Source: Oscillospiraceae bacterium (GTDB taxonomy: Bacteria; Bacillota; Clostridia; Oscillospirales; Ruminococcaceae). Taken from it: a stretch of DNA of 48,845 nt. Below the pieces are notes generated by a model. That model ran no database searches, was not told where the DNA came from, and saw only the letters and a list, made by a program, of their open reading frames with translations. A program made the translations under genes and the position numbers. Location of the stretch: NCBI GenBank assembly GCA_031548405.1, contig JAVBRC010000036.1, positions 1 to 48,845 of the forward strand, given 5' to 3'. Positions 20,613 to 30,311 of this stretch are shown piece by piece; position 1 is the stretch's first letter, and each line of letters begins with the position of its first letter.

Positions 20613-20643
20613 AAGGGAACGCTTTTGTGAGCGTTCCCTTTTT
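20613..20643. terminator. Bidirectional terminator
   Basis: aagggaacgct-tttgtg-agcgttccctt hairpin plus T-run between convergent genes. Confidence 0.8.
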
Positions 20644-20656
20644 GTATTTCTTAATG

Positions 20657-21220
20657 TTATTCTCCCTTTTCTTTAATTAGAATTGGTCTGAGTCTTTTCG
20701 ATAAAAATGCTGCCAGAAAAGATAATATAATATCTCCTGGTGCAACAAGTAAAAAACAGTATATAAAAACGGTTTTTGCGCTTGCTGGCGCACCTAAATA
20801 AAACTTGGATATTATGCAAAAATAGATTATACCTATTATGTAGACGGTTACAACAGAAACGAGAGAAGCAACAAGAAGCCTTTTAAAGCTTGGTGAAGTA
20901 ACTTTTTCTACAATCTTTCCTGCTGCGAATGCTCCTATAGAAAATCCGATTATATATCCGAAGCTTGGCTTTAATATATAACCAATGCCACCGCCTTGGG
21001 TAAATATCGGAATACCAATAAGTCCTGTTATCATGTAAACTAAAGAGCTTGCAGCTCCCCATTTAGAGCCTAGAAGTAATCCAGCAAGCGTTGTGAAGAA
21101 TAGTTGCAGAGTTATAGGAAGGTAAGGGATTGGTATTCTGATATACGCCCCTGTTGCAATCAGTGCTGCAAACATTGCACATAAAACCATGTTTATTGTT
21201 TTTGAATTTCTTTTTGTCAT
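20657..21220 (-). CDS. bioY: Biotin transporter (ECF S component)
   Basis: PITLQ, GLIGIPIFTQGGG and PSFGYIIGF motifs; start at ATG 21220. Confidence 0.93.
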   Translation of the reverse strand: MTKRNSKTINMVLCAMFAALIATGAYIRIPIPYLPITLQLFFTTLAGLLLGSKWGAASSLVYMITGLIGIPIFTQGGGIGYILKPSFGYIIGFSIGAFAAGKIVEKVTSPSFKRLLVASLVSVVTVYIIGIIYFCIISKFYLGAPASAKTVFIYCFLLVAPGDIILSFLAAFLSKRLRPILIKEKGE

Positions 21221-21244
21221 TTTAATTCTCCTTTGTTTTTTTAT

Positions 21245-21300
21245 AGTATAGCACAATCTTTTTTTATTGTCAACCTATTATTTAAATCAGGGTTACAATT
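21245..21300 (-). promoter_or_regulatory. bioY promoter with overlapping BirA operator
   Basis: TTGACA-N17-TATACT; palindrome ATTGTCAACC-N15-GGTTACAAT (21266-21299) resembles the Firmicute BirA box and overlaps the -35. Confidence 0.8.
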
Positions 21301-21367
21301 CGGATACTCAGAGATATTCTTTGAGTAAAATTTTGTAGGGGAACGGTGCGCTTGATGTTTCGAAAAT

Positions 21368-21410
21368 AAAAGTCCATTAAGCTTTTTACTTAAAAGCTTA
21401 ATGGACTTTA
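21368..21410. repeat. Repeated terminator-like hairpin, copy 1 of 3
   Basis: aaagtccattaagct...agcttaatggacttt; also at 32921 and 40520. Confidence 0.85.
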
Positions 21411-21511
21411 ATATTGTTTTAGGTTATCTGGTTTAAAGAAAGAACTAAAAAAAATGCTCTTGAACGATAAAGAATTTTGCGGCGGAATGTCGAGTTATGT
21501 GCAACGACAAA

Positions 21512-22594
21512 TTAATGCTCTAAAAGAATTCGATCATCACAATACTCACACTCCAATGTATCCCCTCTGCCAGTAAATGACTTTGGAAGATACTTTTCAG
21601 TATTAGTAATACAGTTCGAATTTTTACAATAAACACCACTTCTGACCTTGCCGTTAAGTATTCTTGAATGTGATTCGCCCTCAAGAAGTGTCATGATAAG
21701 CGCCATTCTGACATACATTCCATACTTTGCCTGCTTGAAATAAACAGCCCTTTCATCATTATCAACCTCATCAGAAATCTCATCAACTCTAGGCATTGGG
21801 TGCATGACAATCATGTCCTTACGGCTTTTTTTCATCTTTTTCTTGTCGAGTACATAAGTATCCTTTTCAGCAAGATATTCTTCCTCACTTGCAAAACGCT
21901 CTTTTTGAATTCTTGTCATGTAAAGCATATCGAGGTCGCCGATAACCTCATCAAGCGATGTAACCTCAGTATATCTGCTTCCACTAGCTGTTATAACATC
22001 TTTGATGTAAGAAGGGAGTCTTAGATTTGGAGTTGAAACTAATACAAATGTATTACCAGAATAGGCAGATAATGCCTTGCATAGTGAATGGACAGTTCTT
22101 CCGTTTACAAGATCACCACAAAGTCCGATGTTAAGATTATCTAAACGTCCTTTTTCCTCAAAAAGAGTAAGTAAATCTGTGAGTGTCTGTGTAGGGTGAA
22201 GATGACCGCCGTCACCAGCATTTACAACAGGACACTCAGATGTTAATGAAGATGCCTTTGCCGCACCAGCCTGTGGGTGACGTATAATAACAATATCAGA
22301 ATAACTGCTGACAATCTTTGTTGTATCTTTAAGGCTCTCGCCTTTTGAAACAGAAGAAGTTGAAGGATTGTCAAAGCCTATTATGTTTCCGCCAAGACGA
22401 ATCATTGCAGATTGAAATGACATTTGAGTTCTTGTTGAAGGCTCGTAAAAAAGTGTTGCCATGATTTTTCCGACACAAGCATTTGAGTATCTCTGCGGAT
22501 GAAGATTAATATCGTGTCCTAATTCAATTATTTTGTTCCACCATGAAACTGGATAATCGTTTAAATCTATTAAATGTGGATATTGCGAAATCAT
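21512..22594 (-). CDS. pyrB: Aspartate carbamoyltransferase with a C-terminal PyrI-like Zn-binding extension
   Basis: FYEPSTRT, HPTQTL and MHPMPR motifs; tail CKNSNCIT.TE...LECEYCD. Confidence 0.93.
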   Translation of the reverse strand: MISQYPHLIDLNDYPVSWWNKIIELGHDINLHPQRYSNACVGKIMATLFYEPSTRTQMSFQSAMIRLGGNIIGFDNPSTSSVSKGESLKDTTKIVSSYSDIVIIRHPQAGAAKASSLTSECPVVNAGDGGHLHPTQTLTDLLTLFEEKGRLDNLNIGLCGDLVNGRTVHSLCKALSAYSGNTFVLVSTPNLRLPSYIKDVITASGSRYTEVTSLDEVIGDLDMLYMTRIQKERFASEEEYLAEKDTYVLDKKKMKKSRKDMIVMHPMPRVDEISDEVDNDERAVYFKQAKYGMYVRMALIMTLLEGESHSRILNGKVRSGVYCKNSNCITNTEKYLPKSFTGRGDTLECEYCDDRILLEH

Positions 22595-22623
22595 TTTGAC
22601 CTCCTGAATTTTCGGCTCTTCGT

Positions 22624-23292
22624 TTATAAAATTGAAGAACCATTTACAATCATCTTAAACCGCACTCCAAGATAAGTGCAGGCACGTTTGCAGAGAAGCA
22701 TTCTGTTTAAAAATATTTCAAAATATTCAATAACTGGAGAAATTTCAGTATCTATTTTCAAATCAAGTATAACAGCTGTTTTATCATTATTAAAATAAAG
22801 CTCTGATTTTTCAACCGCATAGTTAACACGATCGTGAATGTCAAATGTCAGAAAGTCAGTATTTCTAACTCGACTTCTGCGAACATCAGCCTTATCAGCG
22901 ATTATAAGTGCCGCAGCAATTGCATCAATCGGCTGTGCAGTATTTTCATCATGATTTCCGATTGCGGAAATAATTGAACAGATTTCATCTGCTGGCATAC
23001 TTAGGTTGTCAAGCAGTCTGAAAGCCATAACCGCACCGCTCTGAGCATGATCGGTTCTGTTAATCACATTCCCGATATCATGCATAATTCCAGCGATTTT
23101 TGCAAGCTCACACTGTCTTTCGTTATACCCAAGCTCCGTCAACACCATGCTTGCGTTTTGCGCAACAATTTCAACGTGTGCAAAGGAATGCTCAGTATAC
23201 CCCTGAGCTTCCAATGCACGGTCTGCACGCCTTATATATTCCATAATATCTGGATTTTGTTTTATATATTTATAGGTTACAACACTCGCCAT
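22624..23292 (-). CDS. HD-domain phosphohydrolase
   Basis: TEHS..H, MHDIGN, GNHDE and ADKADV motifs. Confidence 0.85.
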   Translation of the reverse strand: MASVVTYKYIKQNPDIMEYIRRADRALEAQGYTEHSFAHVEIVAQNASMVLTELGYNERQCELAKIAGIMHDIGNVINRTDHAQSGAVMAFRLLDNLSMPADEICSIISAIGNHDENTAQPIDAIAAALIIADKADVRRSRVRNTDFLTFDIHDRVNYAVEKSELYFNNDKTAVILDLKIDTEISPVIEYFEIFLNRMLLCKRACTYLGVRFKMIVNGSSIL

Positions 23293-23318
23293 TTAAAGTA
23301 TCCTTTCAGTGATTTGCA

Positions 23319-25193
23319 TTATTTTACAAATTCACTTCCTTCAAAATAAACACCATACCATACAAGGAAAATGAAAATTGTCCAGATTTTTCTGCTGTTA
23401 TCGCATTTTCCAGCTTTATGATCATCAAGTAATTTCATAATCATATCGCAATTAAAGTACATCTGTGCAGCGTTACCTGTAAATTTATCCTTAATGATGT
23501 TATAATACTTATCTTCCTTAAGCCATACACGGATAGGAACTGGGAATCCAAGCTTTTTCTTAGCAGCAGTTTTAGCAGTCTGAGGAGGTGTATCCTTTTT
23601 AGCTGCAAGACGCATTGCATATTTTGTAATATACTTTGTATTTTCGTCAGTAGTTTCTTTATGTGTAACACGATATCTTCTAGGAATTTTCTGAGCAACA
23701 GCCATAATTTCCTTATCAAGGAAAGGGACACGAAGTTCAAGCGAATTTGCCATACTCATCTTGTCAGCTTTCAGGAGAATATCTCCAGTCATCCAAAGGT
23801 GAAGATCAAGGAACTGCATTTTTGTAACATCGTCCTTGCCTTTAACTCTGTCATAGAAAGGCTTTGTGATTTCTGCTGGCATTGGTGCATCAGTTTTAAT
23901 TTTAAGAAGCTTTTTTCTTTCGTCAGGGGTGAACATAAAAGCGTTTCCGATAAAACGTTCTTCAAGGTCTTTACCCTTTCTGATAAAGAAGTTTACACCT
24001 CTCTTTGCCGGAAGCTTTCCAGCAACGTTTCCAATACCTTTTTTAAGGCCTCTTGGCAGTCTGTCATAGAAAGTACCGTCTGGTTCACTGTACACGTTGT
24101 AGCCACCGAATATTTCGTCAGCACCCTCACCAGAAAGAACAACCTTTAATTTCTTAGATGCAATATTGCAAACAAAGTAAAGTGCAACAGCAGAAGGGTC
24201 TGCAAGTGGTTCGTCCATGTGATACTGAATTCTTTCAAGGTTACCCCAATACTCTTCAGGAGAAATTACCTTGCTTGTATTTTCTTTTCCGATTGCCTTA
24301 GAAAATTCCTTCGCCCAACCGATTTCATTGTATTTTTCATCGTTGCCAAATCCAACTGTAAATGTCTTGTCAACGTCTGCAACAGCAGCAACATAGCTTG
24401 AATCAACACCGCTTGAAAGGAAGCTTCCAACTTCAACGTCGGCAATTTTATGAGCCTTAACTGAGTCATGAAAAACATCAGAAATTTTATTTACCCATGA
24501 ATCAAGATCTGGCTTTTCATCATTCTCAAAATTAATTTCCCAATAACGTTCAATCTTTAAATCGCCATTTTTATATGTGAAGCAATGTGCGGCAGGAAGC
24601 TTGAAAACGTTTTTGAAAAAGCATTCAGACTGTGGGGAATACTGGAATGTTAGATAATTTTCAAGAGCTGCCGTGTTAAGCTCTTTTTTAAAATGAGGAT
24701 GTGGAAGAAAACTTTTAATTTCCGAACCGAATAAAAGGCTCTCACCTGAGAGAGAATAGTAGAGCGGTTTAATTCCAAAAAAGTCACGAGCACCAAAAAG
24801 CTCCTGAGTATTTTTATCCCAGATTACAAACGCAAACATACCTCTGAGCATATTAAGAAGGTCTTTTCCGTATTCCTCATAGCCATGAAGAAGAACCTCT
24901 GAATCACTCTTAGTTTTGAAAATGTGTCCTGCTTTAACAAGCTTTTCACGAATTGACTGATAATTATATATCTCGCCGTTAAAAAGCAGAATCTTTGAAC
25001 CGTCCTCGTTTAAAATAGGCTGGTCGCCCTGTTCTAAATCTATAATACTAAGTCTTCTGAAACCAAGGGCAATTCCTTCATCAATAAAGGTACCGCCAGA
25101 GTCAGGACCTCTGTGAATAATCTTATTCATCATATCTTCCAATACACGATTGGAATCGTTAATTCGGTTTGTAAATCCAACAAATCCACACAT
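23319..25193 (-). CDS. asnB: Asparagine synthase (glutamine-hydrolysing)
   Basis: N-terminal MCG (start 25193), HRGPD, NGEIYN, SSGVDSS, SGEGADE and RVPFLD motifs. Confidence 0.95.
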   Translation of the reverse strand: MCGFVGFTNRINDSNRVLEDMMNKIIHRGPDSGGTFIDEGIALGFRRLSIIDLEQGDQPILNEDGSKILLFNGEIYNYQSIREKLVKAGHIFKTKSDSEVLLHGYEEYGKDLLNMLRGMFAFVIWDKNTQELFGARDFFGIKPLYYSLSGESLLFGSEIKSFLPHPHFKKELNTAALENYLTFQYSPQSECFFKNVFKLPAAHCFTYKNGDLKIERYWEINFENDEKPDLDSWVNKISDVFHDSVKAHKIADVEVGSFLSSGVDSSYVAAVADVDKTFTVGFGNDEKYNEIGWAKEFSKAIGKENTSKVISPEEYWGNLERIQYHMDEPLADPSAVALYFVCNIASKKLKVVLSGEGADEIFGGYNVYSEPDGTFYDRLPRGLKKGIGNVAGKLPAKRGVNFFIRKGKDLEERFIGNAFMFTPDERKKLLKIKTDAPMPAEITKPFYDRVKGKDDVTKMQFLDLHLWMTGDILLKADKMSMANSLELRVPFLDKEIMAVAQKIPRRYRVTHKETTDENTKYITKYAMRLAAKKDTPPQTAKTAAKKKLGFPVPIRVWLKEDKYYNIIKDKFTGNAAQMYFNCDMIMKLLDDHKAGKCDNSRKIWTIFIFLVWYGVYFEGSEFVK

Positions 25194-25462
25194 ACTGATT
25201 TCCTCCAAATTCTTTTAAAGCTAAACCCAAAATAGCTTTTGCCAAGGCAGCTTTATATGTACTTTATACATTATACTATATGTTGGAGAAGTTTGCAATA
25301 ATTATAGAATTAATTTGACAAAAACTATTGCAAAAATTTATTTGTTGAGTTATAATTATTTTATGGATTTTATAGAGAAAAAAGAAAAATCTTGTCGATA
25401 AAAAGGGCGTATTTTTTTATATCTGGATATAGGAAATGCGGCACTTTGTATTAGTCTGTGAC

Positions 25463-25557
25463 AGTTTAACTGCCCCGCCGAACGGCGAGATAGTTTAGGT
25501 CAACCCTTTTTAAAGGGGCAACGTGACGTTGCATCCAATCGCCGTTCGGCGGGCAAA
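25463..25557 (+). repeat. Modular REP-like repeat, short copy
   Basis: cccgccgaacggcg..atagtttaggtcaaccctttttaaagg..gcaacgtgacgttgcatccaatcgccgttcggcggg. Confidence 0.85.
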
Positions 25558-25589
25558 GTAAACTTTTGAAACAGGAGGCATAAATTTAT

Positions 25590-26444
25590 ATGTCAGGAAA
25601 AGGTTCAAGAACTTTTACAATCGGTAAAAGTAAAGATAAACCAATAATAAGGTTTAGATTTAAAGCAGCAATTTTTATCACAATTGTAGTTTTTATCCTT
25701 TGCTTTGTTGTATACATGGCAGAGGCTAATATAAATTCAAAAAAAATCAATTCCGTAGGGTTTTCTGCGGATAGCTCTGCTCTTTCAGTAGCAGATGCAA
25801 CTGATGCAACAGAGGCAATTGAAAAGGAAGTACAAATCATTAATCCTGTTCCTTCTTCTGAGCCGTTGACCGAAACTTATTTTGGAAAATGTGCATTCGT
25901 TGGAGATTCAATTTCAGTCGGACTTGCTGATTATCAGCTTGTTCCTGTAAAAAATGTATTTGCAGAACTTGGAATGAACATTGAGAAAATCAATACTGAA
26001 ACAATGAAAACAGCCTATGGTGAAATGACAGTTATTGACACACTAAAAGCTGCAGATCCTGAAAATGTTTATATTATGCTGGGAAGCAACGGTATTTCAT
26101 GGCTTTCAGCGTCAGATATGATAACATATTATTCACAATTTGTTGATGAAATCAAAAAGGAACTGCCAGAATCAAAAATTTATATTCTTTCTGTTCCACC
26201 GGTTACTGAAGTAAGAGAAACAGCTGAAGATGATCCGATAAAAAATTCAGATATAGATATATATAATTCTGAATTACTTAAAATGGCAAATCAAAAGAAA
26301 ATATATTATGTAGACATTAACACCGCCTTAAAAGGAAACGATGGAAAATTCCCATCAGATAAGGCTGAAAAGGACGGTATGCACTTTGTGAAAGGTACCT
26401 ATTCTATTATGCTTGATTATATTTTATCACATACTGTAAAATAG
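25590..26444 (+). CDS. Membrane-anchored SGNH/GDSL hydrolase
   Basis: FVGDS, MLGSN and DGMH blocks; N-terminal TM helix. Confidence 0.85.
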   Translation: MSGKGSRTFTIGKSKDKPIIRFRFKAAIFITIVVFILCFVVYMAEANINSKKINSVGFSADSSALSVADATDATEAIEKEVQIINPVPSSEPLTETYFGKCAFVGDSISVGLADYQLVPVKNVFAELGMNIEKINTETMKTAYGEMTVIDTLKAADPENVYIMLGSNGISWLSASDMITYYSQFVDEIKKELPESKIYILSVPPVTEVRETAEDDPIKNSDIDIYNSELLKMANQKKIYYVDINTALKGNDGKFPSDKAEKDGMHFVKGTYSIMLDYILSHTVK

Positions 26445-26471
26445 GGGAAATAAAGAAGGGAACAAAAGGAC

Positions 26472-26945
26472 ATGAAAAAAAGAATTATTTTACCAGCACT
26501 TATCCTGATTACATCTGTTTTTACACTTTCAGGATGCAAAGAGGATTCGGGAAGTTCCGAAGCTTCAAAACCAATTAATGAAATTACTCAGGACGTTTTA
26601 AACTGTGGGGTTGAATTCCCGGAAATGGTTGAAGTTGTTGAAGAGAACTTTCAGATTAAGTATAGCCTGACTTCGGACGATTATGAAGAATATTCACTTT
26701 GGTGGGCTGGTTCAGGTTCTGATGCAGATGAAGTTTGCGTAATAAAGGCTAAGGACAAAGACAAGGTTAAGACTGCTGTTTCTGACAGATTAGAGGGACA
26801 GAAAACTGCATTTAAGGACTATGTTCCAGCTCAGTATGATAAGCTTTGCAAAACAGAAGTAAAAACAAAAGGCGATTATGTTTACTGGCTTTGCTCAAAT
26901 GATAATGAAAAGGCTGAAAAAGCATTAACCGACGATTTTAAATAA
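26472..26945 (+). CDS. DUF4358-like lipoprotein
   Basis: Lipobox LSGC; ADEVCVIKAK...FKDYVP.Q...KGDYV pattern. Confidence 0.75.
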   Translation: MKKRIILPALILITSVFTLSGCKEDSGSSEASKPINEITQDVLNCGVEFPEMVEVVEENFQIKYSLTSDDYEEYSLWWAGSGSDADEVCVIKAKDKDKVKTAVSDRLEGQKTAFKDYVPAQYDKLCKTEVKTKGDYVYWLCSNDNEKAEKALTDDFK

Positions 26946-27034
26946 ATACATAAATACCTTAAAGGCAACACTGCACATTCCTTGTGTGGTATTGCCTTTA
27001 AATATCAAACTACTTTTGAAAGGTGACTTAAAAA

Positions 27035-28711
27035 TTGAAAAAGAAAATAATTTCTTTTTTGTCTATAGGATTAATTGCGGTTTCAACTATATTGTCTACA
27101 GGCTGTGAACAAGAAACACCTGAAGGTGCTAACTATTCATTTGACTGTGCTTTACCAGGAAATCCTGAAAGCTTAGATCCACAATTTGCTACCGATATCA
27201 ATTCAATGACAGTTATAAGAAATCTGTTTACAGGTCTTATGAAGACAGATGACAATGGAATATTAGAAATGGCGCTTGCCAAGGATTATACAGTTTCAGA
27301 GGACGGGTTGACATATACCTTTACACTCAGAGATGATTGCTACTGGTTCTTTGATAAGGACGAGGACGAAGAAGCAGACGATAATGAGTTAACACCAGTT
27401 ACTGCCCATGACTTTGAATTTGCTTTTAAAAGAATTTTCAATCCTGAATCACGTTCTCCACATACAGAAGAATTTGAGTGCATAAAAAATGCAGGATTAA
27501 TAATTAGTGGCGGCGCTGATTATCAGAGTCTTGGAGTTGAGGCGACAAGCGATACAACGCTTGTATTTAAGCTTGAATATGCTAATGCATCCTTTTTAAA
27601 TTCGCTTACATTTACCGCTGCAATGCCTTGTAACGAGGAGTTTTTTGATAGTACTAAGGGAAGATATGGTCTTGATGATAAATCAGTTGCTTCAAATGGT
27701 TCATTCTTTATAAGGCAATGGTTCTATGACCAGTATGGTCATGATAATTTTATATATATGAGAAGAAATTATAAAAACAGCGATTTTGACCGTATTTACC
27801 CTTCTCACCTGAATTTCTATATTAAAAATTCTCAGACTGAAGTTGCTGAAAGTTTTAATGAAGGTGTTTCAGATGTTTTACTTACATTTGAAAACGATGA
27901 GAAGAATTATAAAAATAATGTTGTAAATGGTTATTTCAACTATACATTTGGTATAATTATCAATCCAACAAACGGACAGTATTCTAACAAAAGTATCAGA
28001 AAAGCCCTTGCTTACAGTATTGATAAGAGTTCGTTTGAAGGACAGCTGTCAAGCGATTTAACTACAGCCTATGGTGTAATTCCTCCAGGGGTATCATTTC
28101 TGAATAAAAGTTATCGTGAAATAAATTCTGATAAGGTTGCGGCGGTTTCTGATAATGACAGCAATATGATTGATTACGATCCTGAAAAGGCAGTGAATTT
28201 TTTTGAAACTGGTATGTCACAAATGAGTCTTCAGTCATTGGAAAATATAAAAATTCTAATTCCTGAAAACTATATGGATACAGAATATCTTCACCTCGTA
28301 ACACAAAGCTGGCAGACTCTTTTTGGGTTCTATGTTGGAATTGAAGAGGTTGATGTTGATGAATACTATCAGCGAATTTCTGATGGTGAATATGTAATGG
28401 CTGTTTATCCGCTTTCTGGTGATTACAATAATCCACTTTCTATTTTAGAGGAGTTTGAGGCAAAGAATAATGCGTTCGGCTATTCAAACTCTTCGTTACA
28501 GACTATTATAAATGACATAAAAAAATCTGGAAGTTACAATGATAGTGTAGAGCTTTATATCAAAGCTGAAAAGCTAATTTTAAATGACTTTGAATTTATT
28601 CCGATTTTTTATAAACAGCAATATCAGATTCTTGGAGCTGGAAATCATGATATAATATATGATCCATTTACTAAGCAATTAAATTTCAGGTATGCTAAGT
28701 ACTATGAATAA
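27035..28711 (+). CDS. oppA: Peptide ABC transporter substrate-binding lipoprotein (orphan)
   Basis: Lipobox STGC; SLDP, SEDGLTYTFTLR and VTAHDFEFA motifs; TTG start. Confidence 0.85.
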   Translation: MKKKIISFLSIGLIAVSTILSTGCEQETPEGANYSFDCALPGNPESLDPQFATDINSMTVIRNLFTGLMKTDDNGILEMALAKDYTVSEDGLTYTFTLRDDCYWFFDKDEDEEADDNELTPVTAHDFEFAFKRIFNPESRSPHTEEFECIKNAGLIISGGADYQSLGVEATSDTTLVFKLEYANASFLNSLTFTAAMPCNEEFFDSTKGRYGLDDKSVASNGSFFIRQWFYDQYGHDNFIYMRRNYKNSDFDRIYPSHLNFYIKNSQTEVAESFNEGVSDVLLTFENDEKNYKNNVVNGYFNYTFGIIINPTNGQYSNKSIRKALAYSIDKSSFEGQLSSDLTTAYGVIPPGVSFLNKSYREINSDKVAAVSDNDSNMIDYDPEKAVNFFETGMSQMSLQSLENIKILIPENYMDTEYLHLVTQSWQTLFGFYVGIEEVDVDEYYQRISDGEYVMAVYPLSGDYNNPLSILEEFEAKNNAFGYSNSSLQTIINDIKKSGSYNDSVELYIKAEKLILNDFEFIPIFYKQQYQILGAGNHDIIYDPFTKQLNFRYAKYYE

Positions 28712-28808
28712 GGGCAATGCTATTTGTCCAAAGCTGCTTATGTAGATAAATATGTAATACCGTATAAAGCCGTTAGTTTGGCTTTGTACGGTATTGCCTT
28801 ATAATAAA

Positions 28809-28961
28809 GGAACCACTGATTAAATCACGAATAATGGCTTTGCACGTAATCGGCTTGCATATTTTTCGCCATTTTGCACATAAAATTCTTAACATACGCC
28901 AGTATGCCTGCGAATTTTCTGCACAATTTGACCTTACGTACAATATTTAATCAGTGATTCC
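28809..28961. mobile_element. MITE, second copy of the 16529 family (153 bp, internal deletion)
   Basis: TIRs GGAACCACTGATTAAAT / ATTTAATCAGTGATTCC; TAAA on both sides. Confidence 0.85.
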
Positions 28962-28985
28962 TAAAATAATAACGGAGGCAATATA

Positions 28986-30242
28986 ATGACATTTAATGCT
29001 ATTGAGTATATTAATAATTTCAGTCATACTGGTAAAAAAATCACAGACCTTTCAAGAATATCAAATCTACTCGAAAAACTTGGAAATCCACAAGAAAATC
29101 AAAGATTTGTTCATATTGCGGGTACAAACGGTAAAGGCTCGACACTTGAATATATGTCAGCCATTTTTATTAATGCAGGGTATAAAACAGGGCAGTTTAC
29201 TTCGCCTTTTATTGAAAAATATAATGATAGAATTAGAATAAACGGTGTGGAAATTTCTGATGAAAGGCTTGAAAAAATTTGTGTTTCTGTTAAAAACGTT
29301 GTGTCTGATGATTGCTACTCACAATTTGAAATAAGCTTTGCTATTGCTTTGATTTACTTTCTTGAAGAAAACTGCGATATTGTTTTTCTTGAAACGGGCA
29401 TTGGCGGAATTCTTGATGCTACAAACGTAATAAAAAATCCGATTGTTTCTGTTATAACATCTGTTTCTCTTGACCATACACAATTACTTGGTAATACTGT
29501 TTCTGAAATTGCATTTCAAAAGGCTGGTATAATAAAAAATGATAGCCCCGTTTTACTTGCTGTTGATAACATTATTGATACTCTTGAGATTGTAAAAAAA
29601 AGAGCTGAGGATTGTAAGAGTGAATTGATAATTCCAGAAATTTCTGAATGTGTAATTTTAAATTCTGATATTTATGGCAGTGAATTTTTATATAGGGGTA
29701 ATAATTATCGAGTTAATATGTGCGGTAAACATCAGGTTAATAATGCGTTGACTGCTATTGAGGCTGTGAAGGCTATTAGTAAACAAGGCTTTGACATATC
29801 ATATAATCATATTAAATGCGGTCTTGAATTAGCTAAGGTTAAACTGAGAATCGAGCTTTTAGGAAAAAATCCAACTGTTATTGCTGATGGTGGACATAAT
29901 ATTTCTGGAATTGATTCGCTTATTGATATTATAAAAGACTTTGATTGTGAAATAGTTGGTGTTGTCGGTATGGTTAGCGGAAAGGCAGTTGAATATGTTG
30001 CGTCAAGGCTTTCAGAGGTACTTGATTATGCCTTTTGTGCTGATGGATATATTGAGAATAATATAAATGCTATAGAGCTTAAAAAATATTTCTGCTGTCC
30101 TTGTGAAGCATCTGACTATAAAACAGCACTTGAAAAGGCAATCATGTTTGCGGAAAATAGGGGAGCAGTGGTGTTAATTTGTGGCTCACTTTATCTTGCG
30201 TCTGCTTGTCGGGAAGTTTATATGAGTGTGGGTAATAAATAA
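28986..30242 (+). CDS. folC: Folylpolyglutamate/dihydrofolate synthase
   Basis: HIAGTNGKGS, ETGIGG.LDATN, DGGHN and CGSLYL motifs. Confidence 0.95.
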   Translation: MTFNAIEYINNFSHTGKKITDLSRISNLLEKLGNPQENQRFVHIAGTNGKGSTLEYMSAIFINAGYKTGQFTSPFIEKYNDRIRINGVEISDERLEKICVSVKNVVSDDCYSQFEISFAIALIYFLEENCDIVFLETGIGGILDATNVIKNPIVSVITSVSLDHTQLLGNTVSEIAFQKAGIIKNDSPVLLAVDNIIDTLEIVKKRAEDCKSELIIPEISECVILNSDIYGSEFLYRGNNYRVNMCGKHQVNNALTAIEAVKAISKQGFDISYNHIKCGLELAKVKLRIELLGKNPTVIADGGHNISGIDSLIDIIKDFDCEIVGVVGMVSGKAVEYVASRLSEVLDYAFCADGYIENNINAIELKKYFCCPCEASDYKTALEKAIMFAENRGAVVLICGSLYLASACREVYMSVGNK

Positions 30243-30267
30243 GGTTTGCAATATCATCAAATAAATA

Positions 30268-30305
30268 AAAATATACCGTACAAAGTTTATGTACGGTATA
30301 TTTTT
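30268..30305. terminator. Bidirectional terminator
   Basis: aaaatataccgtaca...tgtacggtatatttt. Confidence 0.8.
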
Positions 30306-30311
30306 ATTTAT

